A stretch of 64,000 nt of DNA from Octopus bimaculoides. Its lineage: Eukaryota. Location of the stretch: NCBI RefSeq assembly GCF_001194135.2, contig NC_069005.1:7299109-7363108 (forward strand), written 5' to 3'. Shown piece by piece: positions 63,062 to 64,000 of the stretch (positions within the stretch are counted from its first letter, which is position 1; the number at the start of each line of letters is the position of its first letter). The position numbers and the translations under genes were made by a program. The notes under the pieces are model-generated. The model had not been told where the DNA came from and did not search any database. It saw only the letters and a list, made by a program, of their open reading frames with translations.

Positions 63062-64000
63062 CATAGTAGTAGTATATGTTGGTTGTGATGATGACGATGA
63101 CGATGGTGATTGTCTTATCCCCCTCTTTAAACGTCTTAGCATATTTTATTCTAGACATTCCTTCTTTGTTCTTCATCCTTTTCTTCACCGCAGCTTTATA
63201 CTGCTGTTTGTTTGGCCCTAAACAATCACAGCCATTTCAGCCGTGACCACCTCATCTACAACATCCAGTGCTTCGTTTCTTTCCTCCCCTCCTCGTTTAA
63301 GACGCTTCTGTGTGACACGAGGGAGACTTGGCTGCTATTTCTACCAGGTCGAGCGACCACTTAGAGGTCCTCACCTCCTTCAATGTTGCTGATGTGGTTG
63401 TTGACTACCTCCCCTCCCACCATCACCACCAGCACCGCCACCTTACCACTCAGTAAACGAGCATCTACGCGCTGGCACGATCTGCTAGAAATAGCAGCCA
63501 AATCTCTCCTTAACTCATTACCTTACTGTTTAATGAGTAGGACGGTGAATATGTAGTCCGAGACGGACAGTCTAAGAAAAGGAAAAATAGACGTGAGGAT
63601 CACGGCTGGAACACTCTTGAAATGTCTGGTTGATCGGAGAATATCTTTGATTAACAACTGTTGCTGTTGTTAAGGCGGATACCCTGCACTCCCTTGTCGG
63701 GTGTTGTCGCTGTTGTTGTTGTTGTTGTTGTTATGTTGATGGTTGTTGTGGCAACTGTGTGAGTCCACTTTTCGTTCTTCTTCCCTCCCTTTTTTTGTGT
63801 GACTTGTTGTTGCTTCAAACTCCGACACCTTCATACATCTTTGTCGTAACATGTTTTAAGAAAATGAATCTTTCAAATCTGGCGACCTGATGTCTACCTT
63901 CCTATCTGTTTTCTCTCTCTCTCTCCCTCCCTCTCTGTCTCCCCCCTCGCTCTGTATACATACCTACTTATCTATCTATCTATCTAGCTGTCTATCTATC

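Noticed and set aside
62655-63188. 177-aa minus-strand ORF and overlapping short ORFs
   Set aside because: Dominated by trinucleotide repeats. The central unique part has no recognisable homology.

Overview
AT-rich, repeat-dense animal genomic DNA from a gapped draft assembly with many N runs. The SINE families and microsatellite load suggest a coleoid cephalopod, probably Octopus (inference). The only host coding sequence I can support is the first coding exon of BAZ1A/ACF1 (WAC domain, minus strand, 17558-17670), next to a GC/CpG-enriched promoter-like region (~17.8-19.0 kb). The rest is mostly transposon-derived. It includes several tRNA-headed SINE families, decayed RTE, CR1/L2 and R4/Dong LINE pieces, a full-length decayed Tc1, a mariner remnant and many MITEs. 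It also has minisatellites, a 5S rRNA pseudogene, and a complete Merlin (IS1595/ISXO2-like) DNA transposon with an open 292-aa ORF. Four observations stand out. (1) A tRNA-headed short retroelement is present three times, carries a minimal hammerhead-ribozyme-like motif, and shows a fold-back inversion in every copy, as Penelope-type insertions do. (2) The Merlin element has TIRs and an 8-bp TSD, but its second catalytic Asp is Ala. (3) A 137-bp near-perfect hairpin MITE with a telomere-like loop and an 8-bp TSD lies beside it. (4) A Dong-like fragment sits in the (TAA)n tract of one hammerhead-SINE copy. No database searches or folding programs were run; all family calls come from motif recognition by eye.
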